NCBI GenBank assembly: GCA_028534125.1
Contig: CM052818.1
Location: 47,556,001 to 47,620,000 of the forward strand
Source: Lama glama
Taxonomy: Eukaryota
DNA: 64,000 nt
Direction of reading: 5' to 3'
Shown here: positions 37,180-51,283 of the stretch, piece by piece
How positions within the stretch are numbered: the first letter of the stretch is position 1
How the letters are laid out: every line of letters starts with the position of its first letter
Position numbers and translations under genes: made by a program
Notes under the pieces: generated by a model
The model's input: the letters and a program-made list of their open reading frames with translations, nothing else
Databases searched by the model: none
What the model was told of the DNA's origin: nothing

Positions 37180-38059
37180 TAGCTTTTATTCTTTACTTAT
37201 TAAACTGCACTTGTTAACTCTCAGGGAAATTACGTTCTGTGGTAAACCACAGGATATATACATAAATAAATTATACTAATTTCAAATGTGAGCAATGCTA
37301 TAAATTAAGAGAAACCACGGAAATATGTAATAAAATATCTTGCCTAGATAGCACTTGGTCTGAATGTCGACTCCTACCCTAGGCAGGAGGCAGAAATTAG
37401 GAAGAGCTAGTCGCTCTAACGGAGCAGTCCGAGTACCACACAATTGACCTGGTGGTGCTGTTTAACTGGGTCACAAAGAAATGTGCAAAGCAAGTTACAG
37501 AAGAATGTGCAAGAAACGGGAGAATGTCTACATTGCAGAGAGAAAAGAAAACTGCGATGCCTTCACCATCTTTGGTTTGCAGTGTTTCTGTACCCATCTG
37601 CTTATGCATCGCAGACAAGGTACAAAGGAATATTCTGAGAAAGAATTTGCTCTTGCCAAGCAATAAGAACGGAATCTGTGAAGCCACAGCACCCTGCAGG
37701 TCTGATGCTCTCTGGTGAATTCAGATGGAAGCCGGAAGTGGGCCTCAGATTCTCAAGACTTTACCTCTCCCAGGACAGCGGGGCTGGTGAGTCAGTCTGC
37801 TTGACTTCTGTCATTACTTCCCATTGTACAGTTGTCTGAACATACTTCTGGTAGAGATGAAGCATTAGAGAGTCTTCCTATAAAAATTAATAATATCCTG
37901 AAAAAGCAGTTGAACCCACACAATCATGTGTTCATTCAGACAACACAAAGGTGTCTCTGTACCAGGTACCTTGCTCCGCAGTAGGCAAAGGGTTCATGAG
38001 GGAGAACTCACCTCTGCCTTCCTGTGACACACAGTTGAGCAGGGAAAGCACAATGAAGG

Positions 38060-38280
38060 AAGCAATGGCAGTAAAGTCTGCCATTGTCATAGGAGGTGCA
38101 GTGCTGAGCTCTGTGACCCGCACACCCACTGTGACTGACCAGCCTTCTCTAGAAGTCAGAGAGAGTGATGTTTGAGCTGAGTCCTGAGTGACCAGTAGAA
38201 TGTTGGCATGTTAAGAGTAAAAGAAGATAGTTCCAGATACAGAGGACAAATAAAATGGCCAGCAGGTCAAGGATCAAGGC
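38060..38280 (-). mobile_element. L2 fragment
   Basis: 'agtgatgtttgagctgagtcctgagtga...gttccagatacagaggaca'. Confidence 0.55.
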
Positions 38281-38319
38281 TTCGGAAGAACATAAAAAGC
38301 TAGAGCTCTCTTCAAATAG

Positions 38320-39150
38320 AGCTTCTGTTCATTCTCCGTCTTTTTTTCTCCCTTAGAAAGTCCGGTTGCGTCACTGTGACATCTTCTCAATGTGTTTTCC
38401 ATTTGTCTTATGGTTTATCCTTATATTTTTATTCCTTTTTATGCTCTTTGCTGCCTTTTTGGAGATATATATATATACTAATTTACTTAGATTCTGGAAG
38501 ACTAATCCTGCAGTTAAACTCACTGTTGAATTCCTTGTTTCAGATAATGTATATTTTACTTGTACCTTAATGAGAAGTTCTGGTTCTTGGCTGATATTCT
38601 CTCTTCTCATTTATTTTCTCTTTTTCTATTTTTGTCTGTATTTATCATTGTTGGATTAAAGTCATCGTCTGCTATTCCTGCTACGAGACTAATTTGCAGC
38701 TCTCTTTGCATCATCTGCTTTTTCTCTTGATTCCAGTCTACTTTCAGAAACTTTCAGTGCTTTTCAGCCTCTTACTCTGTGAAGCTTCTTTTTTAGAGAG
38801 CAGCCACACATTTCTCTACATTTTGTGTCTCCTGCTCCACAGTTCTGCCGAGAGCTCTGCTGGATTTCCAGTCCCTAAGCTCCAGGCACCTGTCTGGGCA
38901 ATCCCAGATTCTCAGCCTCTCGCTCTATAAACAGATTTGGCAAATGCACCTCAGGGAAAAATGGCTCCAGAGTATGACTTGGCCCTGAGAGTCTCTCCTC
39001 CCTGAAATCATGGCCCGTTTTCTCCCCACTGTATCAGTGCCTCACTCATGACTTCAAGCACAAGGTATCTACACGTTACTTGATATTTCTTCCTGTTTCC
39101 AGCAGACACATTGATCTATACATGCACCCCCATCTTATCCAGAATTCTGT
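38320..39150 (-). mobile_element. Old L1/HAL1 ORF1-5' region remnant
   Basis: T-rich; 'cactgttgaattccttgtttcagataatgtatatttt...agaagttctggttcttg' and 'ttcctgtttccagcag...catcttatccagaa'. Confidence 0.5.
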
Positions 39151-39289
39151 CCTTGTGTTTTTTGACATGTGGTGACTGTGAACGTGAAACCCTTTGCCAA
39201 TGACAGTGCAGTCCTTTTATGACTTCAACATACCGGGGGTACAAAAGAGGTTACATCTTAATGTAAATAATTTGAAACAGAAACTCCTT

Positions 39290-39545
39290 TGGTGTTATGG
39301 TTCTCCCAACCCAGGCTCTCAGATCAGGCAAAGAGAGTTCCGGGGGCACACCCACCTGGTAATTCCTTTAGGCTGGAAGTAACCCACTTTACTTTCTCTC
39401 ACGTTCCATTGGCGCAGACTAGTCACACGGTCCCACCTAAAGGCAAGGAAATTTGGGAAGAGTAGTCCTTGGCCGGGCAGCTGCTACTCAGAAAGATCTC
39501 CAGGGTCTGGAAGGGGTTCGTGAATGCTCAGTGTCCAGTGGAGCA
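39290..39545 (-). mobile_element. Old MLT1 (K/L-like) fragment
   Basis: 'ctcacgttccattggcgcagactagtcacacggtcccacctaaaggcaaggaaatttgggaagagtagtc'. Confidence 0.65.
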
Positions 39546-41264
39546 CCCCTGCTAAGGCAGACACTTAGGAAAAGCAAAGGCTTTTCGCGGTAACACACGG
39601 GAAGGGGACACAGACGGATGTGAGAGGAAAGGGAGAAGATCTGAGAGGACTAGCCTACTTACAATGAAAGGGAAATCAAACAGGTAAATTAGAAAACAGA
39701 CTTAGAAGATAAAACAATTTAACAAATTTAAGATGTAATATATGAAATCTGTACATGTTCTGTGTACCAAGAAGAAAGGAAAATGCTACCAATTTGGTAA
39801 TGATACAATGCTCTCTAATAACATCAATTATAATAAGCTTATTAGTTCCAGGTCTATTAAAATGTGGAAAAAAAAATAATCTTTGAAATAGATGAAGTCT
39901 GGTAGAAGAGCTCTTGAAAAGGTTTTACCTTCCTTCTCCCAAAATAGGCAACCTAGTCAGCTAGTGGTTGCAGGAAATTTTAGACTAAATAATGGAGTCC
40001 TGCCGTGAAGTCCAAGAGACAGAGATGCTCAGCTTCATCTTATCGTGGCCCTAATGATGGTTTCCTTTAAAGGGTTTCATTCCTGGTTTGGCTTTTTTAT
40101 TTGGCTTGTTTGTCGGGTTGGGTCTAAATTACAGGCTTGTTTTTGTTTGTTTTGTGTGCATACACCTCCAGTCCCACAGCTCTCTGTCTTTTCTAACCCT
40201 TGAATGTAGGAATTTCAAACTCCCCCAGTCATATTCTCTCTCTTGGGTTAAAGCAAGAAACATAACAGCTTTATAAAGCAAATCTAATTCCCTTGCTTTG
40301 AAACGCAGCCTACAGTTAAGTATCCTATATTTAAGCATTCTATGATAAATAAATGTAAAACCCTCAATCATTTGACATACATGTGAATTTCTTGGCTTTT
40401 AAGTACTGGAAATTTTGACTTGAATTTTGATTTCTGTTTGATGTTTACTTATTGTATGATAAGAAAAAGAGAGACATGAAATCTTACTGTTGTGACAAAT
40501 TTGGCGGACCACAATATAGGGCAGTGTCGCCAATATTACAGCTGCGATTAAAATCCAAATGCATGTGCTATCAATCAATAAACATGTTTTTTCTGAATAT
40601 GTGCATAATGAATATGAGCTCATTATAACCATATGGGCTCCATGGGTCAAAATCATTACAATCCTCTGTCCTCAGGAGGTAGACATTTCTTGGTGATATA
40701 AAAAATGTTTAGAAATTCTGCATTCTTATTCTGTTGCCAAAACATATTATTATTACTCAGATTAATCAGATCTTAGCATATTAAGGCAATATTAGTCATC
40801 ACCCAAGTACATTACCATAGCAGATACACTGCTGCATAAATCGTCTAGGATGAATTTCCAGTGTCAGAACATTTTAGGGTTGGGTGAGCCCTTAGAAACA
40901 TCTGGTAAAGTACGATCCTCGACCCCAGGCTTCGGTGGTCTATTTTGGCTCTCAGCTATTAGCCACTGCTTGAGTACTTCCCAGAAAGTGGGAGCTGACT
41001 ACTGCTAAAGCAGCTCACTTTTTGTTGTTGTTGGATAATTCTAATCAGGAGCCTCGCTCTGCCTTCCTCCGTTCATTCTCCATCCCTTGTCAGCTACGGA
41101 CCTCCTAGGACCACAGTGAGGATTAAGACAGGCAGTGCTTGTCAAGCACGAGGCAGAGCCTCCAGGACATCATACATCATCGATTAAAACCTCTATTTGT
41201 TAATTTTATTGTCCCCCCACCCCACTCTCACCCCTGGAAAACCTACTCACCTTAAGGATTCGGC

Positions 41265-41510
41265 TTGAGCCACTTCCTCCCACAAGCCCAGACTCCTGAG
41301 ACCCGGCTGTCCCCAGTGTCCTTACAGCATGCTGGACTTCCTGCCGCTGATCCTGTATCCTCGTTTTTATTCTGTGTTCTACCATCATCTTCCTCAGGGC
41401 AGGGACTTTATCCTACTACGGTTTCTTATAGCGCCTCGCCAATTACCCAGCACACAGTAAAGGGCTAATACGATTTTTTGAATGAATAAATGGATGAATG
41501 AATGAAAGAA
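41265..41510 (+). mobile_element. L2 3' end
   Basis: 'tcctcagggcagggactttatc...cccagcacacagtaaagggctaata...ttgaatgaataaatggatgaatgaatgaa' tail. Confidence 0.75.
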
Positions 41511-44500
41511 TAACTATGATGAACATTAGGTAAAGCAGCAACTGCTATTCCTGGAACAACTTCAAATACTAAGTAATACGACACGACATGAAATATGACT
41601 TCTCAGTGCTGCTTTATGAGAGTCTTACACAACAGTAAACCAGCAGATAAAAGTGAAGTCATGTTTAAATTAGGCATGTTCAATATTATCCAAATACGCG
41701 GTAGTTAAGAGAATGAAAGCAAAACCACGTCTTAGTTTCTCCAGTTCTTCATAATCCGGTTATGTTACAAAATGATCCTTTAATAAGTTTCCCTACAAAA
41801 TTATTCCATCCCGGGATGACCAATTTTCTATCATTCCAAAATGAATACTCAGTGTTTAGTTTTGCAGATTTTCTTTTTGCCAGATTCAGTGTTTTCCTGG
41901 GTTCACACGCATCGTTTAATAGTTTTTCCTTTAGAAACACAGAATGAAACCAGGACTGCTGCAGGAAGGTTTTGATTTCATATCAAAAAATAGATCATTT
42001 GCATTCGTCTCTGTTGACTTGTATCTATTTTTATCTTTGTCCAGAAGAAGCAGCCCTTTGTGAACTCATCCAAAGCCCTGACCCACCTCCAGCATTTTCA
42101 CGCTATGTGCTTAAGTGCTTGGTGTCATGTCTGAAACGATGGAATGCTTTCCAAACTCCACAGCTGGTCCCCCTTTCCGAATTCCACTCATTTCTCTTTT
42201 TTTGTAGAGATTCTAGCAAGGAATATTTTTGGTTGTTCATTTTTATTTCGGATATTATTTTTACTTGTCTTGGGGATATTTATCCAAAGAAACAGGTACA
42301 AGTTCAAACTAGCTTAAATTAAGGGTGAAGGAAAGGAAACAACCATGAAACATCAGAAGAGTCCCACGGAATGAAATTCTGTGTGTGGCCCCATCTTTCT
42401 CTAGGATGACATGATCGTTCAGGGATGTCCTGTGTCATCATTGTTTTCTCTTCTGGACCCCAGCTTCTCCTTGGGGGTCTATGTTCCTCTTTTCCACAAT
42501 AACTGCTAATATCTGTCTCTGAGTTGCCATGGCTCTGACTCTGCTGCAGATCCTAAAGCTCCAGTGTCCAATTCAGTCTTTTTTGCCATTTGGCTTGGCA
42601 GGGAAAATTCTGTGCTGGGCATACACCTTGATAATCAGCTATGACAAGAAGGGGGTCACCTGGTCCAATAGGGACACTGTGGCCACGTCCTCTTAAGGGA
42701 CGCAGCCCATTGCTGGCCACTCTGCTGCCATGACACCCCCCCCCCCACTTTAGACTGCTTGCCTTTGAAGAGCTAGCAGAGAAGAAAACTCTATTATAAA
42801 ACTTCAGCACAAAAATATTCCTTGATGGCCACCACACTGACAACTCTGTGTACCCCCATTAAAAACTGCAGGTCCTTGGAAAATCAGTTATGTTACCCAA
42901 TTTAAAATTTTAATTATTTTAAATTAAACATTAGAAAATATGTAGAGAGTTGAGTGGCTTCTATACCAGGAATTTTATATGTCTATTATGCACAGATCTT
43001 TAATTTGTCCGAGTTGATTCCTGGCAAGAGTCGGCATTAGATTTCCCGGGCTGTTTTTTCAGGTATAAAGCAAATATTGGACAACTTATATGCAAAGGCT
43101 CTTGCATCACGACTTCATTAAAATATGGACTAACACAAGTTCATCCGATTCTTAGAATCTCATCTAAAACTCATATATCTCCATTCTGAAGCAGATGTAA
43201 TGTGTCCTAATTTAGTTCTTCATTTTAAAATTAATATTCATCACATACAGATGGATACACTGATCAGACATACTTATATATGGAAACTGAGTTACCGGCT
43301 ATATTTAATTGAATTGTATTTTCTTCTTTTGCCTGTCATCTTATTTCTCATCGCATGTACACTGCAAAGCTATAATAAAGGATGTGAGGATAGCAATATG
43401 AGCTTCTTTTCACTGGTTAATGGAAACATACTGGTTGATAATCTACCAATTATAAATTGGAGCTGGCTTCTACATTATTGAATAAAGTCACCAGGAATTC
43501 CCTGCATCCTCATGGAACCATGTCTGCATTTATTTTCCAAAATGTGAAGACACCATCCGCTCTTCCATTTCTGTCCCATGCGATGGCTGCCTGGTCCTCG
43601 TTCTGGGTCCTCCTCACTAGGGAACTTTGTAAGCCTTCCTGTTGTTTCTTCAGAGCCATTTCTCAAGCTCATGATGGCTTTTTCAGGAGGGCTTTGCTTT
43701 CTGATTGAAAACCCAGGGACTCCTTTCCTTCTCTCTGAGATTTCAGGCTACAGTGACACTCCCTGTCCCCCTCAGGAATGGGTTGGCAAGCCCAGGAAGG
43801 GGGACCCTGCACACTCCACCTCCACCTGCAGAAGCCGGTGCTGATGAGCACGGCACTGCTTCCAGGGGGGCCCGGGAATTCTGAGTCCTTCTCAGCACAG
43901 CCCTCTTATCGTCACCCTGCTGGAACTAACAAGGGAGACAAAAGCTGTTCACAACCCCGCTGTCATGTGTTTATCTCTATTAACCACTGGCTGAGAACTG
44001 TGCTTTGCACTGGAGTTAGAAGAGAAAGACATAGTCCCGCCCATGGGGGGTTGACAGTTGATGCGTTAAGTAGATGTCAGCATCTGGCAGCCTGGAGTGT
44101 AAGGGACAGCGACCAATATGGGAAACAGAGATGCACTCTACCTGGAGGACCTCACACTGCAGGAGACAGAGAATGGAGTCTTGCGTTTACACCTTAAAGG
44201 AGCCAGACATCCCAGGTAGTGTAATCAACACAAGGAAAGGCAAGGAGGCATGGGGATGTCACCAGGTGACTTGGCATTATGACAAACAGGGAGTGGTCGC
44301 CGAGAGCACAGAAGCCAGGTGCTGTGGGTGTGACTTTCATGACCTAGTTCCGTTCAGCAAGCCTTTCCTGATTATCTGCATCCTGCTAATCTGGGTTAAT
44401 TGTTTTGAAAACCATAGGAGACACGTTTAAGAACTCATGAACTAGCAGAACAACAAAACTGTGAAAGATAAACCGTAATATTTCAAAGTAGTAAATGTTC

Positions 44501-45639
44501 TAATTAACAAGAGAACAAATAGCTATCAGAATACAGGGGGAAAAAGAGAAATTAGCCTTTATGTGTGTGAGAAAGTTGGGGGACATAAGAGAAAAAAGTA
44601 TAGTCATATTTTGGTGAGGAAGCAGTCTACTAACCAGAATATTATTATAATGATCAGAATCCTTGGGTCTGGGAGTGTGGTAGCAATTGTAGCATAATTC
44701 AACATGAATGTATTAATATAAATTCTGTACAAGGTCCGCTGCATACGTGCTCCTTTTAAAGGAAAACAGGTGTGATCAAATGAAGCCATTGCTTCCTGTG
44801 ATGTTTAAGAAACACCTTAATGTCACTCAGTAGACAGACTTGCATTTCTAACCAACAGAGAAGGTGAAAATGCTGCAGAAAATTCTTAAAAAGTTGCCAA
44901 GTTGCTGTGACATGTGTCTGACGGACCCCAGGCAGATCCGATTTGAAAGGAATCCTGTCCCTGTCATCAGTTATCATTCCTGTGAGAGGAACGCTAAATC
45001 CTTCTGGAACTTTCTACCAGACTTTCTGAGCTACGCCTTATCTTCACCAGTGACTTTTTCTTTTTTGGCCTGGCCACCACCTTGTTGTCTGACATATTGC
45101 GGTTCTGGTAGAAAAGTTTGGCAGCAGCTTAAATTATTTTGTATCCTGTTAAAGGAAAACAGCTTGTGGAGTCAAAGACGAGGGTGACTGTTGACCAGCC
45201 TGGCTCGCGCGCGTTTATCGTGGCTCCACCAGACCAGCTGTGGCGGGTTCCATGTTGAAGTAAGAGTTCTGTCCAAATGACCCGAGGAAGGAGTCTGCGA
45301 AAATTTTCTGTTCGGTAACAGAAAGCACACATTTTATTTTTCTTTAGTTAACAAATTCTTAAGGTTCCTGCCCTGCAAGAAAAAGTACTGTCATTTCTCC
45401 AGAGGCTGCTGAAACTGAGGCCTACTCCCCAAAGCTGGAGTGAGAAGGTTACTGTTGAGCGGTGGAAAGAGCTTGAGGAAGGTGGTAGAAACCACAAGCA
45501 GAATGTTGAGTGCTTCCTCCACCAACGCTTCCACGAGGCTGTGACCTGCAAAAATCCCCGTCGCTCCTCTTCAAGCATGGTCACTCACGCCAGGCCTCGA
45601 AATGGAACACGCGTGTTTGATTTCTTGGTTAGCCGCTGA

Positions 45640-45808
45640 CTAGCTCAGGGTCTGCGCATGAGAATTACCTGGAGCTTTTAAAACTCTCACTGGCCCCTAG
45701 CATCCCAGACTGATTAGATGCGAATCTGCAGGAGTTAGCACCCTCAAAGCAGCATTTTTAATGCTTCTCAAGTGATTACAACACATAGCCAAGTTTGAGA
45801 CCAGTATT
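45640..45808. mobile_element. MER5A hAT-Charlie
   Basis: 'agaattacctggagcttttaaaa...gaatctgcagg...gcatttttaatgcttctcaagtgatt...gccaagtttgagacca'. Confidence 0.8.
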
Positions 45809-48743
45809 GACTTTTTCTTGCAGCTAAGTCATCTCATCTGTCTTCACCTATGCTTTTCCATCTGCCAAATGGAATGCTTTTGATGTTCCAACCTCTTTCA
45901 CTCTGTATCAAAGGAGGGGAGATGAAGATGATTAGTCAAAGGGATCTCCAATGCCCTTCTCAGCAGAAACAGCCTGTGTTTATGACTCCGTATTTAGGGA
46001 CAGAACCCTTGATCATCCTCAGAAAGTAGAGAGCTCAGCCTCGGGCTAAGACCTCCATCCTGACAGCCGCAGAAGGGCAGAGGAAGAACCAGTCATCCAC
46101 TAATTCACTGGTCAGTATTCTTTCTACCAGGCCAAACCCCACTCGTCATCCTGGCTTCAACATTTTACTTCCTGGGGTTGAAGCTGGGGGAGGCAGGCCT
46201 GGGGATGTGAGATTTTAGCTACCAATTCTGTTTGGAGAAAAATTCACCAGTGTGCTCCTGAAGCTGAGCCAGGAAGAACCAAGTGCAGGAGAGTCTGTGT
46301 CAGCAGCACCGAGGTCAGGGAAGGAGCACTTGCACAGGGGCTGGAAGGAAAAATAGGACAACAGAATGACTCACCAAGGCCCTGCAGCCCAAGCTGGGAT
46401 GGATACCAGTTGGCAAGAAGTAGGTCATATGAGGGTCAAGGAAACAGTAACAGAGAATCACAGGTGAGACACTGGCTCAACCTAAGAATGTATTTCAGGG
46501 ACCCCAGGCTCCCAGTCAGGAGCAGTTTGGCACCTTCTTGGCAGAATAAGGTCAGCATTTTGAAATAACAGGTTTCCCTCCATAAAGACATGCAGAAAAT
46601 TCCCTCTCTCAGTTGGCTATTTCATCCCTGGGCTCCTGGAATTTATTGTCCCATCACTGGGAAGTAAATCCTGAAAGTTGAAGCACCTCATACTGAACCT
46701 TCACCTTTGGGTCTTTCTGGTCCCTATTCAAGGTCTGATCCACCTTCTATTTCACTTAGCACCAACCACAATGCTTTGCAAAACAGAAGCTCGTCATAAA
46801 TCTTTCTCTTCCAATGCGATACCCATCTGGAGGAAAGCACTGCAAATAGGAGAGGCCTAGGAGATGTGAGTGTCCAAATGGGGCAGAAGAAAACCATAAG
46901 TGAGGTCACGGCAGGGCAGGGGAAGAGGCAGCCCTTCCTTCATCTCGGGCTGCAGTGTGCGTGTCTCTCCGTTAGGTCTTCCTCCTGACCTTGGGGTCCT
47001 CTGCTTAGATCTGTTGCCTCTGCTAGTCTGTGGGCGTTGCGTGGGCAAGGTCTGGGCTCTCTCCTTTGTAGATTAGATATAAACTATGCCTCAGGGAGGA
47101 CGGGGGCTATTAGAACAGGAATGACAGTGGACGTCAGTGTTCCAAAATTGACTCCTGGTTCTCATTTGAGAGATGATAGCTATGAAAACATGTATTATAC
47201 TAAAAGCCAGGCAACCTGGGCACGTAGAGCATATGTCTCTCGCATACCATTCCCTGTAAGATCAGGCTAACGTGGTAAGACGTTCTCTCACCTCTGCCGA
47301 GGGAGCTCAACTATCAGCCTCTTGGTGGGAGGAACGAAGATCAAAGAAGATGCAAGTGCAAAGCCACGAGCCTTGGAAGGGACTCCTGGCCCTAACCCTC
47401 CCCAACTGTTCAAGGCCTAAGGGGGAGGAACAGGACACATGGAGCCTCTGGGTAACTGGAGTTCCCACAGCAGAAGGGCACTGGATAGATTCCCAAGGTT
47501 TTCCCCAAGAGACTTCTATTCTTCTAAGAATGTCCTGTCTTCACCCATTATGACGCATGAACAACAGATTTAGTCAATTTGGTCTGAGAATAATCTCTCA
47601 GAATCATGCAAATCATGTCATCTGGGGGACACTGATGAGTTCCAGCCACCCACAGCCATCTTGTGCAGAGCAATGCCTGAAAGCCACCAGCAGTCCCAGT
47701 GGTCCCTGAAAAAAATTTCAGAACATATGGGTCTTGGAATATTGGGGAATGGGGTGTTGGAGGACAGTGTAATGAGCAGAGTTGGCCATATCTCAGTGAA
47801 AACAAAAGCCAAGGAGAACACTTAAGTGGGGACCAGGCTGACCATGAGCCTGGTCTGCAGACTCTCATCCAGAGCCAAGACAATACCTGATCCTCTTAAA
47901 CGAAAAACGAGAAGGCAGGTGTCTTGAAGCTGACTGAATGGTTTCCAAAGAGGAGTCAACTGGGTTCTAAACTGAAGATCGATGTGTTAAATATCCTCGA
48001 TAGAAATGGAGCTTGTAAACTCCATTGCTCGTAAGGCAGCTTTTTAGTCTGGGTATCAAGAAACAAAGTAAGTTACATTTTTATCTCCTGAGTTTTAAAA
48101 TAATGTTCCTGAGATTCTGTAATCAGTTGCATTTTAGAATGCCAACGCCTAGGTTGGAGCTGGTTTTCATCAGTGCTGAAGTGCTTGGTGGCACCTTCTA
48201 TGCTTTTGGTCCTGTGCCCAGCCCTTAGGATGCAGAGGGTCAAGATAGCAAACTCAGATTCCAGTTTTATGAAGCCTAGAGACCAGTAAGGAAGGGAGAT
48301 GTTGCCAGTGAGACAGGGTAACCAACGGGGAAATGAAGGATGCCAATGGGGAGTAAAGCCAGGGGACCCCACTTTATGTGGGAGTCAGTGATGCCTCCAC
48401 AAGGAGCGATCCTTAAGCTCAGACCTGATCAAGTCAGGAAAAGGAAGAGAAAAGAGGGTCCCAGGAAAAGGGAATTTTCCAGTGCTTTTGAGTTCTGCAT
48501 CTCACACAGGAGGTCAAAGTGATCCTGATTCCAGAGGGACAGGAATTACAGACACACTGAACTCCAAGTCTCAAGACAAAGGATCTTCCAAACTCAAAGT
48601 AGTCATGGTATCTTCTCCTAGAGCCTGAAGCACATGGAACTTAGCGTGTTTCTGGAAACATAACCTGGAACCCTCTCAACTAAATGTTTTCTGAAAGTTT
48701 GGTCAAGAAAGTCAACATATTTGAAAGCATTGAGCTCTTTTCC

Positions 48744-48946
48744 CAGCAAACATTTTCTCTAAAGGAGGAAGTGGTAAATGCTTTTGGCTCTGTGCACCAT
48801 GACTTCTCTGTCACAACTGCACAACTCTGCTTTTGTAGCATGAAATCAGCCACAGGCAATGTTCGAATGAATAAGCATGTCATGCTCCAATAAAATAGGT
48901 GATAATGGGCTAGATCGGGCTTGCAAACTGGTTTGCCAACACCTGT
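48744..48946. mobile_element. MER58A hAT-Charlie
   Basis: 'cagcaaacattttctctaaagg...tctctgtcacaactgcacaactctgc...gtttgccaacacctg'. Confidence 0.85.
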
Positions 48947-49224
48947 TCTAAACACTCTAAAAATCCAAAACTCTCTAAAATCTATTGGGATTAATAAAGA
49001 GAGCAAGGGGTTTAGATGGCAGGCTATAGGATTTTGCTTTGCAGAATCATTTACATGTTAGCTAGAGACACCGAATGCTATAGGACTATCATTGCCAGAA
49101 ACATCACTGTATTTGGCTAGGACTGGAAGGCTTGCCCATGCCTAGCTGCAAGAGAGGCAAGAAAACAAGCAACTGACATTTCAGAAGCTGTCGTGGGAGA
49201 GGGGCTCAACCTGATTAGGTAATT

Positions 49225-49570
49225 GCACGAATCGAGATGGGTTTAAGCAACAAACATTTATGTCTTCTTCATGCTCATCCTGCTTCTGCAGGATTTCCTC
49301 TCCATCAGCACTGATTTCACTCAAGGGTCCTGGGTGACCCTATTCTAGACGACTGTCTAGTATGTTGCAGGTTTTACCATGGCAGAAGGGAAAGAGAACC
49401 GCAAAGTATACGACAAATCTTCAAGATTTTTCCCAGAAGTGATACACACTGTTTTGCGTCACATCTCATTGGCCACCGCAAGCCACATGGATATAAGTTT
49501 TGGTGGCATAGGGAACACGAATGTATCCTGAGTCCATAGAAAGAATGAGACACAATCTTTCTAAACAACA
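49225..49570 (-). mobile_element. Old MLT1 LTR fragment
   Basis: 'gggtttaagcaacaaacatttattgtc...cagaagtgatacacactgttttgcgtcacatctcattggcca...agccacatgg'. Confidence 0.55.
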
Positions 49571-51207
49571 TTTATGTTAGCACAGCACACTTGGCAGCTG
49601 TCCTGGGAGCCTGGGATGTGAGTCCAGAGGAGACAGGACGACGGCCCAGTGATGCAGATGGAGATGGAGATGCTGGGGCCTTCGCAGGCTGACTGAGAAG
49701 GGGGAGGACAGTGGCCACAACAGGAGGGCATCAGCGGGGACGTCTGACGTCTAAGGCATAGCCATAAACCGGGTTCTCTCAAATTGCTAACTGGGTAAAA
49801 TCCTGGCTTCCCAAAGCCACCCCCATAGTTTCACTGGGCATGGGTGAGCCATCCAGTCCAAGCCAAATACAGAAGCACATCCTTTCTTGGGCCTCAGATC
49901 CACCCAGTGTCCCCTCAGAGGGGCCCCACGGAAGCCAGGGAATGTGTTATTAAGCTTAAACTCACTTCTCACGGAAAAAACCTGAAATTTCCTATGAAAA
50001 TATGTGAAAGAAAAACTGAAGTGCTCACCACACACCTGCGTGCTGAGAAGGGCTTCACTCGGTCATACCGTTTTGTGAAATACCCCGCGGCTCCATCATT
50101 CTCCTGTGTTTACTCCTCTCCCGCTAGCGGCCTGGCCAGGGTGCACACCCTGTGTCTCTCCTGACGGGGCAGGGGGTCTGGCCACCAATCCTAGGACAGC
50201 TGGCTCCATGATCCCCTCAACAGCCCGGGTGGCTCAGAAGATCTGCTTGCTTCATGCCCCGGGAACGAATCCCGACTCAGCACCACTGTGAAAAACACCA
50301 GTTGTTAAAAGATGAAAGAGAGATGGGAGCAGGTGGGCTGTGTGGGCTGATGTCACACCTACAAAATCCGCTGAGGAGAAGAACTTCACTGTGCAGTTGA
50401 CTGCACTTTCAAACACACACACACACACACAGACGTGCGCTGCTCGGAGCCAAACACGAAGGAGGAGAGAGGCACAAAGGGAGCGGTGCTCCTGAGGGTG
50501 CCAACCTGCGGAAGCCCGAGGTACACACTTAGGGTCCCCCTGCTTCACTGCGTAAGCCTCCAAAGGCCGGAGACCTTGACTTCATCTCAGTACCCAGAGC
50601 CCAGCACACGCCTTCGGGTCCACAAAGCAGGCTGAGTACCGAAAGAAAAGAGAGCGAGACGAATGGAACTAGGAGGGAAGGGGCGAGATTTATTTCTTCC
50701 TTTCACGAAAGACTCAGTAGGAGGTTCCCAGTGTGTCTGGGGCACCTGGAGGTCTGTTTGGAGAACATTAATTACCCTGATGCACGGGCAACAATCAGAA
50801 AAGGAATGGTAAGAATCACTTCTGTTTCAACAGGACTTTTCTATTTGCTTCCTCATGTGTTTTGTCAAATCCGCCCTGATGCCCACTGTTTGGTTTTCTT
50901 TGCTGACGTTGATAATATCCAAATAGTGGATTATAACATAGGGCACAATTATTCCAATAAGGAATTGGAGAGTGTGATTCAATTTAGAAACAAGCATTCC
51001 TTTTTGTATTTATTCATTCATTTGGTAAGTATATTTTAAGTGCCTACCACGTGCAGGATGGTGCCCGTGGTCCATTTGGGCTTAAAACTTGAGACATGTA
51101 CAGAGTGTTGCATTTTTTTTTTCCAGAAGTTCAAACAATTATTTATTTTCTGGAAATTCTTGATTTCTTTTATTTTCTTTTAATTTTTTATTATTTCTTC
51201 GTTTTGT

Positions 51208-51283
51208 ATTTTTAATTGAAATATAGTTAATGCACATTATGTTGGTTTCAGGTGTACTGCATAGTGATTTGACATTTGCATAC
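51208..51283 (-). mobile_element. Short L1 3' end
   Basis: 'tttttaattgaaatatagttaat...ggtttcaggtgtactgcatagtgatttgacatttgcatac'. Confidence 0.7.

Noticed and set aside
37475..37535. Repeated AGAATGT(GCAA) words
   Set aside because: Short degenerate slippage repeat; no regular repeat-spacer structure, not CRISPR-like.
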